Source: Polynucleobacter necessarius | GTDB lineage: Bacteria; Pseudomonadota; Gammaproteobacteria; Burkholderiales; Burkholderiaceae | Direction: 5' to 3' | NCBI RefSeq assembly: GCF_900095195.1 | Contig: NZ_LT606950.1 | Coordinates: 1,475,879 to 1,507,878 of the forward strand | Length of the DNA: 32,000 nt | In this document: in pieces, positions 1 through 8,839 of the stretch | Layout of the letters: the number at the start of each line of letters is the position of its first letter | Numbering within the stretch: position 1 is the stretch's first letter | The notes under the pieces: model-generated | What the model saw: only the letters and a program-made list of their open reading frames with translations | What the model was told of the DNA's origin: nothing | Databases searched by the model: none | Made by a program: the position numbers and the translations under genes

Positions 1-564
1 ATTAGGAGCTATTCCAACAAAGGTATTGGTAAGGCTTCTTGCTAGAGTGACAGCAGGATTAGCAAAGAAGGTTGAGGAAGTAAACCAATGTCCTGCTGTG
101 ACTGTCAGTGCGACTAACATTGGAACTCGATCTTTTGCCACTTGATCACCGATGCGAATGACTGAGAGCAGCACCAGGGCTGATATAAATTCACTGACCC
201 AAATACCTGAGCCTGTTCTTACTTTGGTTGACTCTTGCAGAATGGGCAAACTAAACATTAAATGGGTAAGCCATATTCCAGCAATTGCACCTATGAACTG
301 ACAAGCCCAATAGATGATCATTTTCTTAGCATCTAAATGTCCTAATTTCCAAAACATCAGGCTCACTACTGGATTAAAGTGTGCCCCAGAAATAGGGCCA
401 AGCAAGGTGATGAGTACATAGAGACCAGCGCCAGTAGCAATACTATTTCCCAATAAAGCAACGGCGGCATTACCAGCACTTAACGACTCACCCAGCATTC
501 CTGAGCCAACAACAATTGCTAATAGAAGTGCTGTGCCAACAAATTCACTGAAGTAGCTCTTCAT
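1..564 (-). CDS. MIP/aquaporin-family channel (aquaglyceroporin-like, in an ars context); 3' end lies outside the window
   Basis: Absent from the ORF track because it runs off the window. My reverse-strand translation from the ATG at 564..562 reads MKSYFSEFVGTALLLAIVVGSGMLGESLSAGNAAVALLGNSIATGAGLYVLITLLGPISGAHFNPVVSLMFW...TSSTFFANPAVTLARSLTNTFVGIAPN and is uninterrupted to base 1. It has two MIP signature boxes: an NPV variant, then NPA. The start overlaps the ancestral arsC stop (ATGA). Confidence 0.8.
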   Translation of the reverse strand, partial: MKSYFSEFVGTALLLAIVVGSGMLGESLSAGNAAVALLGNSIATGAGLYVLITLLGPISGAHFNPVVSLMFWKLGHLDAKKMIIYWACQFIGAIAGIWLTHLMFSLPILQESTKVRTGSGIWVSEFISALVLLSVIRIGDQVAKDRVPMLVALTVTAGHWFTSSTFFANPAVTLARSLTNTFVGIAPN

Positions 565-1042
565 ACTTTTGTGTGAATATTTTTCAAAGCCATTGGATCT
601 AACTCCTCTAGAGGCATATCCGCCAATAGATCAATGCGCTTCTTGAGTCCAATCATTACATCCCTAAATGCTCTATACGCTTATCACCCTCCGAGCCCTG
701 AACCTGCGAGGAATCAGGAAATCCTCAGTGAGCTGTGGCAGGTTTACCCGGCCAAAAGGGACATTGCTCTCCAGCCGCATTGTCACAAACCGTAATAATG
801 AAATCCATCTTGGGAGCATCGGGCAATCCATACTCATCCCAACTTTTACTTCTCAATTTGCTCTCGTCATATCCCATTTCAATTGCTAACTCCCTAGCAA
901 AAGGATTAACTGATGTACCTGGGGTTGAATCTGCCGAGTACCCAACAAACTTGCCGCTGGAGTGAGTTGATGCGAGAGCCTCGCCAAGCACTGATCGGGC
1001 GGAGTTATGGGTACAGAGAAAGAGAATGATGTATTGCCTCAT
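561..1042 (-). pseudogene. arsC: Arsenate reductase ArsC (LMW-PTP / thioredoxin-coupled type), inactivated
   Basis: The 725..1042 ORF starts with the CTHNSARS P-loop and ends ...CPFWPGKPATAH followed by TGA at 725..727, where homologues have Trp (AHWG). Reading on gives GFPDSSQVQGSEGDK. A 1-nt loss near 680..683 then moves the frame to AYRAFRDVMIGLKKRIDLLADMPLEELDPMALKNIHTKV, with the stop at 563..561. The span is 482 nt, which is not a multiple of 3. Confidence 0.8.
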
Positions 1043-1362
1043 TTGGCTTTTTTAACCAAAGAAACTGAAACACACGATTTGCCACCACAACAGTTCTCCA
1101 TTAAGAATCCGCTTAAATCTTGAACTAACTTAGCATTCGGGCGATAGATGAGATTGCGACTTTGACGCTCAACTAACAACAAGTCGGCACCAACTAATTC
1201 TTTTAGGTGAAAACTCAATGTGGCATTGGGGATGCCGAGTTTTTCAATAATCTGACTAGGCGTTAGACCAATATCCCCACGCTGAACAATCAGGCGAAAG
1301 ATATTGAGGCGAGTTTCTTGTCCCAAAGCAAGGAAGGCGCTAATAGCATCTGCGTTTTTCAT
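1039..1362 (-). CDS. arsR: ArsR/SmtB-family metalloregulator
   Basis: 107 aa with a winged HTH (LSFHLKELVGADLLLVERQSRNLIYRPN). It has a C-terminal Cys91-Cys92-x4-Cys97 cluster and no ELCVCDL-type motif in the HTH region. It overlaps the arsC start by 4 bp. Confidence 0.85.
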   Translation of the reverse strand: MKNADAISAFLALGQETRLNIFRLIVQRGDIGLTPSQIIEKLGIPNATLSFHLKELVGADLLLVERQSRNLIYRPNAKLVQDLSGFLMENCCGGKSCVSVSLVKKAK

Positions 1363-1405
1363 ATTTCAATTATATGGAAATATATGTTTCAGTATTTTGA
1401 CAAAC

Positions 1406-1427
1406 GATGTCGTTTCAAACGACATCT
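1406..1427. promoter_or_regulatory. Perfect 10-2-10 inverted repeat GATGTCGTTT-CA-AACGACATC; candidate ArsR operator
   Basis: Seen directly, 44-65 bp upstream of the arsR start codon. The geometry resembles the 12-2-12 operators of ArsR/SmtB repressors. No convincing -35/-10 pair could be placed. Confidence 0.35.
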
Positions 1428-1441
1428 AATATGAGGGGGGG

Positions 1442-1467
1442 AATAAAAACAGCCCAACAAGTGGGCT
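1442..1467 (-). terminator. Rho-independent terminator of tRNA-Phe
   Basis: On the minus strand, 11 nt after the tRNA CCA end, the sequence is AGCCCA-cttgt-TGGGCT (6-bp stem, 5-nt loop) followed by GTTTTTATT. Confidence 0.6.
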
Positions 1468-1478
1468 ATTGTGATTCT

Positions 1479-1554
1479 TGGTGGCCCGGGGCGGAATCGA
1501 ACCACCGACACAAGGATTTTCAATCCTCTGCTCTACCGACTGAGCTACCAGGCC
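1479..1554 (-). tRNA. tRNA-Phe (anticodon GAA), CCA encoded
   Basis: The reverse complement is GGCCTGGTAGCTCAGTCGGTAGAGCAGAGGATTGAAAATCCTCGTGTCGGTGGTTCGATTCCGCCCCGGGCCACCA. It is 76 nt and folds into a complete cloverleaf: 7-bp acceptor stem with one G-U pair, D stem GCTC/GAGC, anticodon stem GAGGA/TCCTC, loop TTGAAAA and T-loop TTCGATT. Confidence 0.95.
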
Positions 1555-1612
1555 AAGACCTGAAATTATAAAGGAAGGTCTGTTTTAGCCCAGAAAATAC
1601 GGTTGTCGCCTC

Positions 1613-2293
1613 TTATTGCTCGCCTTTATTGCGCGAGGTGTCTATTCCTAAGGCTTTTAGTTTGCGATACAAGTGTGTTCTCTCAAGCCCTGTGTACTCC
1701 GAGATTTTAGTCATGCTACCGCCCATGATTTGCATTTGATGCTCAAAATAGGCTTTCTCAAAGAGATCTCTTGCTTCTCTTAGTGGCAAATCAAAATAGG
1801 TTTTTGCAATGCCACTGATAAATTCGCCCTCGGTAACTGTAGCAACGGGCTCCGAATTTAATGGCTTTGTGACAGCAGCGGGAACTCCTGATGAAATTAT
1901 CTTTTCTTCGACAGGCTCAACATATTTTGGTGAACTCTCAAGCGCCTTGCTAACCGTCTTCAGTAATTTTTGTAATGCAATTGGCTTCTCTAGAAAATTC
2001 AAAGCACCTATGCGGGTAGCCTCTACAGCAGTGTCAATCGTCGCATGACCAGACATCATCACCACAGGCATTGTGAGTTGCCCGGTTTTTGACCACTCCT
2101 TTAAGAGCGTAATGCCGTCTGTTTCTGGCATCCAAATATCAAGCAACACCAAGTCTGGGCGCATTTGTTCGCGAATGGTACGGGCCTGTGCAGCACTCTC
2201 AGCCGCATATACGGTGTGACCCTCATCCGTAAGACTCTCGTTGAGAAGCTCACGAATTCCCATTTCATCATCAACGACCAAAATACTCGCCAT
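1613..2293 (-). CDS. Two-component response regulator, NtrX-like (REC + C-terminal Fis-type HTH, no AAA+ domain)
   Basis: 226 aa. The receiver domain reads VVDDE...DLVLLDIWMPETDG...MMSGHAT. The C-terminus LERTHLYRKLKALGI is an HTH_8/Fis-type motif. It lies directly downstream of the cognate kinase. Confidence 0.85.
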   Translation of the reverse strand: MASILVVDDEMGIRELLNESLTDEGHTVYAAESAAQARTIREQMRPDLVLLDIWMPETDGITLLKEWSKTGQLTMPVVMMSGHATIDTAVEATRIGALNFLEKPIALQKLLKTVSKALESSPKYVEPVEEKIISSGVPAAVTKPLNSEPVATVTEGEFISGIAKTYFDLPLREARDLFEKAYFEHQMQIMGGSMTKISEYTGLERTHLYRKLKALGIDTSRNKGEQ

Positions 2294-2295
2294 AC

Positions 2296-4602
2296 TTAGG
2301 CCACCTCTTTTGCTAAGCTCATAAACAAAATGGATGCTTGTGCGCCAATCACTTCATCTCCCTGCATGCGGTTTCGGATTTCAATTTTGGCACCATGGTC
2401 ATCAATAATTTTTTTCACAACCGCCAAACCCAATCCCGTCCCTTTACTCTTTGTCGTTACGTAAGGCTCAAATGCTCTTGCCAATATCTTAGCTGGAAAT
2501 CCAACGCCGCGATCACTTATTGTTAAGCGAACCGCATTTTGCATAACCCCACCTTGCTCGCCATAAGATACTAATTCTGTTTTTACCTCAACGGGTTCTA
2601 CCTGATGACCGCCTTCCAACGTTGCATCTTGGGCGTTTTGCAATAAGTTATGAATCACTTGTCTTAATTGGGTTGAGTCGCCCATGATATCCGGGCAATT
2701 TGGATCTAAGCTAGTTTTTAAAGGACTGCCTTCATACAGCCCCAATATTTCTGTTGCCAGCGTATTAATTGAAACGGGTTTTAATTGCGGGGTTGGCGTC
2801 TTCGCAAAATCCCGGAAGTCATTCGCCATTTCCTTCATTGCCTGAACTTGGCCAATAATGGTTTCCGTGCTGCGATTAATCATCTCCTCTTGCTCGGGAC
2901 TCAACTTACCAGCAAGTTTATGTTGCAGGCGTTCAGCAGAGAGCTGAATTGGGGTTAGTGGATTTTTAATTTCATGCGCAAGTCTTCTAGCCACTTCACT
3001 CCATGCGATCGATCTTTGCGCACTAACTACATCAGTAATGTCATCGAATACCACCATGCGCAGCTCATCTGTTAATTTAGTGCCCCGCACAAATAGAGTA
3101 ATACCAAGATCATTTTCATATTCGGCATTGGCATGTAATTGAATTTGTTTTTGCCAAATTGGGGAAGATTTTTGAGTTGCCGCTATGTCCGGCTTTTCTT
3201 CTGCCAGAGACAGCTTCATCGTAGCGAAGCCTTCTTTGATGGCCTCCTCAAACCCAATGAGGGCGGGGTTGCTACTTAGTGGTTTACCATCTAGCAGGGT
3301 TAAGTCTTGCGCAAAAATACGGTCTGCACCCGCATTGCTAGACACAACGTTATAGTGTTTATCAAAAATACACACTCCGGCAGTCAGGCTGCCCAAGACT
3401 TTTTCTAAAAAAGCTTTCGACTCTTGTAATGAGTTGCGAGTATCGGCGAGCTGTTTTGTCATGACATTAAATTGACGAGTAAGCATGCCTAACTCGTCGC
3501 CAGTATCAAGTTCTGGCTTTGGCGATAAATCTCCTTGGGCGACTGCTTGGGTTCCTTTTAGAAGCATCAGCAATGGCTTGGCTAACTGACGACCAAGCAT
3601 CAACGCTAGTATCACTGCGACAAACAACGCAAAAAAGAGGGTGAGCGTTAGGGTTCCAACAAACATTTTGCGCAGGCCGCTTCGACCAAGCGATTTTTCT
3701 TGATAATCGCTATATGCCGTCTCTACAGCATTAATGTTTTTCGCTAACGGAATCGGAATGTAACGAACCAACTGCAGAAAATAGCGATCATCTAAGTCTT
3801 TGCTGGAATCATGCTTACTCTGAATAGTTTTTTTGCGTATCACCGGCACGATTGCGCGCACACGATAGGTCTTTTGACCACCATCAACGTCAACTTGATC
3901 AATAAAGGTGGTGCCCTTCTTTTTAAATGCTTCAGTTATGACGTCAGCGCTTGGGGGGGGCAAGTATTTCTTGGGTTTTGCCTCGCTTGTAAAAATCATG
4001 TTGCGCCGAATACTAAAGAGGCTCAGCTCTTGGATGCCAAATTGGCTACGAATCTTCATGACCGCCGAAGCAACTTGCTCCGCAGTCGATCCCGATGGCG
4101 CCAAAACGATCTGTTCAGCAATGTAATTTCCTTCTGCCAAGATTTCCTCTTGGGCCACCCGCAAGGTTACGCGTCCCAATTCGAGGCCGGAGTTAAGGGC
4201 CGACTCTACTTGCACATCAAACCAAGTTTCAATACTTCTTGATACGAATTGCAGGGAGACTCCGTACAAAATTAATCCAGGGACAACACCAACCAGGGCA
4301 AAAATCATTGCCAGCTTTGCGATGAGGCGCGTGCCAAAGTGTCCGCGATGCCAACGAATAGCAATAACCACCACTAAAGTCAAAATCACCAATGTCAGGC
4401 ACGTGCCAATGATGACATTCGCGGCATATAACCAAATAAAGTAGCGATCAAAAAACTCGGTATTAGAAGACGCAATCGATAATAAGGCCAATAGCAAGAG
4501 GGCAAAAGCGCCTATTACCCCAACAAAAGTCGGCAACACAATTTTGCGCCAAACTTTTGAATCAAAGAAGCTGGGCTTGCGAGATGCTAGAGTTTTTATC
4601 AT
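2296..4602 (-). CDS. Membrane sensor histidine kinase, NtrY family (TM-HAMP-PAS-HisKA-HATPase)
   Basis: 768 aa. It has N-terminal TM helices, the H-box HEIKNPLTPIQLSAERL, and N/G boxes (NLLQNAQDA; GTGLGLAVVKKIIDDHG). It overlaps the upstream DUF4390 gene by 4 bp. Confidence 0.9.
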   Translation of the reverse strand: MIKTLASRKPSFFDSKVWRKIVLPTFVGVIGAFALLLLALLSIASSNTEFFDRYFIWLYAANVIIGTCLTLVILTLVVVIAIRWHRGHFGTRLIAKLAMIFALVGVVPGLILYGVSLQFVSRSIETWFDVQVESALNSGLELGRVTLRVAQEEILAEGNYIAEQIVLAPSGSTAEQVASAVMKIRSQFGIQELSLFSIRRNMIFTSEAKPKKYLPPPSADVITEAFKKKGTTFIDQVDVDGGQKTYRVRAIVPVIRKKTIQSKHDSSKDLDDRYFLQLVRYIPIPLAKNINAVETAYSDYQEKSLGRSGLRKMFVGTLTLTLFFALFVAVILALMLGRQLAKPLLMLLKGTQAVAQGDLSPKPELDTGDELGMLTRQFNVMTKQLADTRNSLQESKAFLEKVLGSLTAGVCIFDKHYNVVSSNAGADRIFAQDLTLLDGKPLSSNPALIGFEEAIKEGFATMKLSLAEEKPDIAATQKSSPIWQKQIQLHANAEYENDLGITLFVRGTKLTDELRMVVFDDITDVVSAQRSIAWSEVARRLAHEIKNPLTPIQLSAERLQHKLAGKLSPEQEEMINRSTETIIGQVQAMKEMANDFRDFAKTPTPQLKPVSINTLATEILGLYEGSPLKTSLDPNCPDIMGDSTQLRQVIHNLLQNAQDATLEGGHQVEPVEVKTELVSYGEQGGVMQNAVRLTISDRGVGFPAKILARAFEPYVTTKSKGTGLGLAVVKKIIDDHGAKIEIRNRMQGDEVIGAQASILFMSLAKEVA

Positions 4603-5180
4603 CGCTTAACTAGGCTGGGTCCGGTTGTAGTAAAGGACATGCGCACCCACTCACTCGAGACGCTCCATTCTCGATTATTGAGAGCATTTACTTGAAATGG
4701 TTTTGGTAGCTTGCCCAAATCTAATGCCATTCGAAGACTCGCTGTGTAAGTTTTTCTAGCATCAAGCCGACTGCCATCAACCACCCGCCAGCCGCCAATT
4801 GTTCCCACCGCTTGTAAGGCCTCTGAAATCGTTTTTGCCGAAAAGGTGAAGCCATCTGATGCAATACGATATTGCTGTGTTAATGGTTGATACGACAAAC
4901 GGGATTGTCGTTGTGCAATTATCGCTTTCTCATCAAACCAATACCACCGTGAGCGAGTTAACTCAAAATCGGTCTGGAAATATAAGACGACCCCTTTTTG
5001 AACGGCATCTTCCAAACCAGGCGACAGTTCAATTTGAAAACCCGCATTCAATAGCCAGTCACCACCAACCTTTTCTAGCTCAAACGATTTGATTTTGATG
5101 CCTTCAGCATTAATGGCTGTTGATATAACACTCAACCCGATCAAGCAGAAAAAGATGAATTGTTTAATTCTTTGGCTCAT
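4599..5180 (-). CDS. Secreted/periplasmic DUF4390-like protein
   Basis: 193 aa with a signal peptide (MSQRIKQFIFFCLIGLSVISTAINAEG). It occupies the position between rsmB and ntrY that I recall for DUF4390 in beta-proteobacteria. The family name comes from memory, not from a search. Confidence 0.65.
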   Translation of the reverse strand: MSQRIKQFIFFCLIGLSVISTAINAEGIKIKSFELEKVGGDWLLNAGFQIELSPGLEDAVQKGVVLYFQTDFELTRSRWYWFDEKAIIAQRQSRLSYQPLTQQYRIASDGFTFSAKTISEALQAVGTIGGWRVVDGSRLDARKTYTASLRMALDLGKLPKPFQVNALNNREWSVSSEWVRMSFTTTGPSLVKR

Positions 5181-6500
5181 GGCCCATTTTTCTTAAACAA
5201 GGCATAGTAAAACCATCATTGGCCTGGGAAGGCAAAATCTGTCCTGGAGCGTCTAATCGTACCGCATTGCCTTGCTGCTGCGCAAACCATATTGCCTGAT
5301 CTTCGCCTTCCTCGGGAAATACAGAACAAGTGACATATAAAAGCAAGCCATTTACCAGAAGCATCTTCCACGCCTGAATCCAAAATCTCTCGCTGCTTTT
5401 GCTGGAGCGCCTTTACATCAGCCTCACGACGCAAAAATGGAATATCCGGATGCCTGGAAACAATTCCCGAAGCTGAGCGGGGCGCATCCAAAAAATCTTA
5501 TCAAAGGGCTCGCCATCCCACCATGCTCCGTTTGAGGCATCACCACGAAACACTTCAACCTTATCTGAATTTAGGCGGAGCCTGTCCAAATTGCCGCTAA
5601 TTTTTCCAATGCGCTCGCCATCCAACTCCAACGCTAACATTTGGCAATCCGCCATCTCTAATAAATGGGCAGTTTTACCACCAGGCGCAGCATATGCATC
5701 CAATATCGAATTACCGGGCTGGGGATTTAATAGAGTGGCAGCAATTTGCGCCACCGCATCTTGAACAGAAGTGGCGCCGCCATAAAAACCGGGCAACTCA
5801 GAGACCGGGACTGGATTCGAAATTAAGAGTACGCTCGGTAAAGAAACTCCCGCAACCGAATCAATGGGAGCAGACTCAATACCGACATCACTGAGTAATG
5901 CTTGGTATTGTTCACGCGAATATTGTTTTTGATTGACCCGCAAAATAAGTGGCGCGCGATTGGCCTGCGCAAACAAAATGGATTGCTACTGATTCGAATA
6001 GTTTCGCTTGAGATTTTCTCACCACCACGGAGGGACAAACATGGGTATGGGGTCTGGCGGATATTGGAGCGCTGCTTCAGGTGGCTGCAGGGTCTGACTT
6101 ACTTTGCGGAGCACAGCATTAACTAAGCCTTTTGCATATTGCGTTTTTCATACTCCGAGCAAGCCTTAACCGCTTGATCAACAATAGCATGCGCTGCATA
6201 AGACTTATTCTCTGAGCCATCACGTATAAACAATGCAATGGCTACGCTCAATAAATGGTCAACTTCCAGTGGTGGCGCCTTTGGAACAAACTGCCTAATA
6301 AGCTCATGCGAGCGAACCCATTTACGCAAAGCATCAAAACTTAAGCTTTGTACGATGGGTCTTTCGTGCGCCTCAAGCTGTTCTAAAACTTCTGTCAACG
6401 ACCGACCGCTCATTACCTCAGTAATCGCTTGCGCAGCAATCGTAATGGCCTCAGAAAGCGGTAAATTATTTGGGGATTTTTGATCAGGCAATGGGCGCAT
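5164..6500 (-). pseudogene. rsmB: 16S rRNA (cytosine967-C5)-methyltransferase RsmB, multiply disrupted
   Basis: - The NusB-like N-terminus (6123..6500) ends in a stop, and the frame shifts near 6125 to GLVNAVLRKV....
- There are in-frame stops at 6019..6021 (TGA) and 5986..5988 (TAG, at an expected Trp in YSNQ-W-QSIL).
- The SAM-domain piece is 5413..5976 (DAYAAPGGKT).
- A frameshift in a T-run near 5490 precedes LDAPRSASGIVSRHPDI.
- A frameshift near 5365 precedes LLLYVTCSVFPEEGEDQ. Confidence 0.9.
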
Positions 6501-6512
6501 TCAAAATGAAGA

Positions 6513-7511
6513 TTACTTGGCCTTTATTTGAAAGCGAAGGGGCTTCTCTTCAACATTCAGCGCTTGAAGAACCGTCCTTGCGGGCAACCTTTTCCCGCCA
6601 GGTTTTTGCATCTCCAAAATCTCAACAACGCCTAATCCACACTGCACATAGACTCCGCGCTCACCAATCCCAAACACATCTCCTGGTCGAAGTGCCTTAT
6701 TAGTGCAATCTATTGCAATAGCAGACCGCCAAAACTTTATAGGCTGGCCTTCCAATAGAGAATAGGCGCCCGGAAATGGATTGAATGCCCGAATTTTGGC
6801 GTCAATTTGCTGCGCATCAAGATGCCAGTCGATTTCTGCTTCTGTTTTTAATATTTTCTCGGCATAAGTGACGCCAATAATCGACTGAGGAATTCGGGCT
6901 ACTGGATTTTTATTTTCCAAATCTGCCAGCACATTCACAATCAACTTTGAGCCTAGTTGTGCGAGCCGATCATGCAAGGATGCGCTGGTTTCATCCGTAG
7001 CAATTTCTAACTCTTCAACCATGATCATATCGCCAGTATCAAGACCCACATCCATTTGCATAATGCAAACGCCGATCTTTTGATCGCCGCTCTCTATAGC
7101 CCGTTGGATGGGGGCTGCTCCGCGCCAACGCGGCAAAAGGGACGCATGAATATTGAAGCTACCATGTCTGCCTGGGCGTTCGCTAATGCCCAAAATATCT
7201 TGCGGCAGAATCAGTCCATATGCCACAACGACCATGGCATCAAATTCTAAATTACATAGCTGTTGATAGGCCTGTTCAGCTTGTTGTCTTTTTTGCGCAT
7301 CAACATTGTTACGTCGCAATGTTTCGGGCTGCAACACCACAATGTTTTTTTCCAAAGAAAATGCTTTTACCGGGCTTGCTTGCAGTTGCATTCCCCTACC
7401 CGCACGCCGATCGGGCTGAGTAAGCGCCAAAACGATTTCATGGCCCGCATCGTAGATAGCGCGCATGGCCCGCGCTGCAAACTCTGGGGTGCCAGCAAAA
7501 ACAATTTTCAT
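6513..7511 (-). CDS. fmt: Methionyl-tRNA formyltransferase
   Basis: 332 aa and intact. It starts MKIVFAGTPEFA and contains HASLLPRWRGAAPIQRAI. It sits in the def-fmt operon position. Confidence 0.95.
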   Translation of the reverse strand: MKIVFAGTPEFAARAMRAIYDAGHEIVLALTQPDRRAGRGMQLQASPVKAFSLEKNIVVLQPETLRRNNVDAQKRQQAEQAYQQLCNLEFDAMVVVAYGLILPQDILGISERPGRHGSFNIHASLLPRWRGAAPIQRAIESGDQKIGVCIMQMDVGLDTGDMIMVEELEIATDETSASLHDRLAQLGSKLIVNVLADLENKNPVARIPQSIIGVTYAEKILKTEAEIDWHLDAQQIDAKIRAFNPFPGAYSLLEGQPIKFWRSAIAIDCTNKALRPGDVFGIGERGVYVQCGLGVVEILEMQKPGGKRLPARTVLQALNVEEKPLRFQIKAK

Positions 7512-7517
7512 GAATGC

Positions 7518-8033
7518 TTAGCGCTGACCAACAAGCTCTTTTGCACGCTTCTTCATTTTTTGCGAAATACGATTTCGTTTTAGTAATGAGAGGTATTCAA
7601 CAAACACTTTGCCCTGTAAGTGATCTAGCTCATGCTGCAAACACACGGCCAACAATCCATCGGCCTCAAGTTCACATTCTTTGCCATTCAGGTCTAAGGC
7701 CCTTACGCGAATTTGGGCCGGTCGCTCAACTTCGTCATAAAACTCTGGTACGGATAGGCATCCCTCGCGCCACGTTTTTTTCTCCGGGCTGGCCCAAGTA
7801 ATTACTGGATTGATGAACACTCTTAATTCATTCTGATCATCTGATACATCAATCACGACAATGCGTTCATGGATATCAACCTGAGTTGCCGCCAATCCAA
7901 CACCGGGAGCGTCATACATCGTCTCCGCCATATCGGCGACAATTTTTTTGATGCGATCGTCTACCTGCGCCACAGGTTTGGCAACTTTATGAAGGCGCGG
8001 ATCGGGGTAGCAAAGTACGGTTAGCAAAGCCAT
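7518..8033 (-). CDS. def: Peptide deformylase
   Basis: 171 aa and intact, with the motifs [14 protein letters not shown] and QHELDHLQG. Confidence 0.95.
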   Translation of the reverse strand: MALLTVLCYPDPRLHKVAKPVAQVDDRIKKIVADMAETMYDAPGVGLAATQVDIHERIVVIDVSDDQNELRVFINPVITWASPEKKTWREGCLSVPEFYDEVERPAQIRVRALDLNGKECELEADGLLAVCLQHELDHLQGKVFVEYLSLLKRNRISQKMKKRAKELVGQR

Positions 8034-8104
8034 GTAGGAATTATCTAACAGAGCAATCTATCTGTCCCGATTGTTCGTAAATTGCAACGCCTCAAAATGA
8101 CCTG

Positions 8105-8774
8105 ATGACAGCACTTCAGGCAAAAAACATTGTTCATAAAATTTTGTGCGGCGAAAAATGCTATCCCGCGCGCATCAATGATCTCTATGACCCTCATCTT
8201 GCCTGTACGTTTCAGGAACATAGAGCCTCTAAACCAGCCCATGATTGCTATTGTTGGCTCTCGCAGGGCAAGTATTCATGGACTAAGAAGCGCCCATCTC
8301 TTTGCGCGCTTCTTGGCTCGGGCGGGTGCTGTTGTTGTTTCTGGACTAGCAAGAGGTATTGATGGTGCCGCCTATGCGGGAGCGCTGGCTATCGGACCTC
8401 GGACTGTAGCAGTTTGTGGGACGGGGCTAGACATTACCTATCTCAAGGAGCGCTTGGCCCTAGCCAGAGCAATCAACAGAAATGGATTGCTAGTTTCAGA
8501 GTTTGCCCCAGGAGTTGGCCCGCAAGCCTTTCATTTCCCCAAACGCAACCGCATCATTGCGGCCCTAGTATCAGGGGTTGTTGTGATTGAAGCCGCCCAA
8601 AAATCTGGGTCTTTAATCACCGCCAGGTTTGCGGCTGATCTCGGGAGAGAGGTATTTGCGTTGCCGGGGCCCATTGATGAGCCTCTTCATGCTGGTTGCC
8701 ACGAACTCATTCAGCAGGGGGCCACACTAGTTTGTGAGCCCAACGAAATGCTGGAGGACTTGAATTTTCTGTAA
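8105..8774 (+). pseudogene. dprA: DNA-processing protein DprA, truncated and frameshifted remnant
   Basis: The frame-A ORF (8105..) encodes ...CGEKCYPARINDLYDP. The frame-B ORF (8130..8774) continues LILPVRFRNIEPLNQPMIAIVGSRRAS...GLARGIDGAAY...FPKRNRIIAAL, which is the Rossmann core. A frameshift near 8195 splits the conserved YP..L..DPP..L..RG block. The roughly 60-aa N-terminal domain and the C-terminal extension seen in many DprA proteins are absent. The 214-aa fragment might still be expressed. Confidence 0.6.
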
Positions 8775-8839
8775 ATTATTGTTTTTTATAGGGTTTTAGA
8801 AGATAAGTTGGGTTTTGATATGAATCACCGGCTTTTAAT

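Noticed and set aside
725-727. An in-frame TGA at a conserved Trp position in arsC suggested that TGA might be read as Trp (alternative genetic code or recoding).
   Set aside because: TGA clearly functions as a stop elsewhere in the window: at the arsC/aquaporin, livG/livF and mnmG/rsmG ATGA overlaps. The same gene also carries a frameshift. Other broken genes use TAA and TAG nonsense codons. Ordinary pseudogenisation explains all of this.
1360-1386. A 7-bp inverted repeat, ATATTTC...GAAATAT, overlapping the arsR start codon, considered as an operator.
   Set aside because: It is short and purely AT-rich in an AT-rich spacer, so it is likely to occur by chance. The 10-2-10 palindrome at 1406..1427 is the better candidate.
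1-1554. The ars module adjacent to tRNA-Phe, considered as the edge of a tRNA-targeted genomic island.
   Set aside because: The window contains no integrase, no direct repeat of the tRNA 3' end and no obvious compositional break. The island hypothesis cannot be assessed without the sequence to the left.
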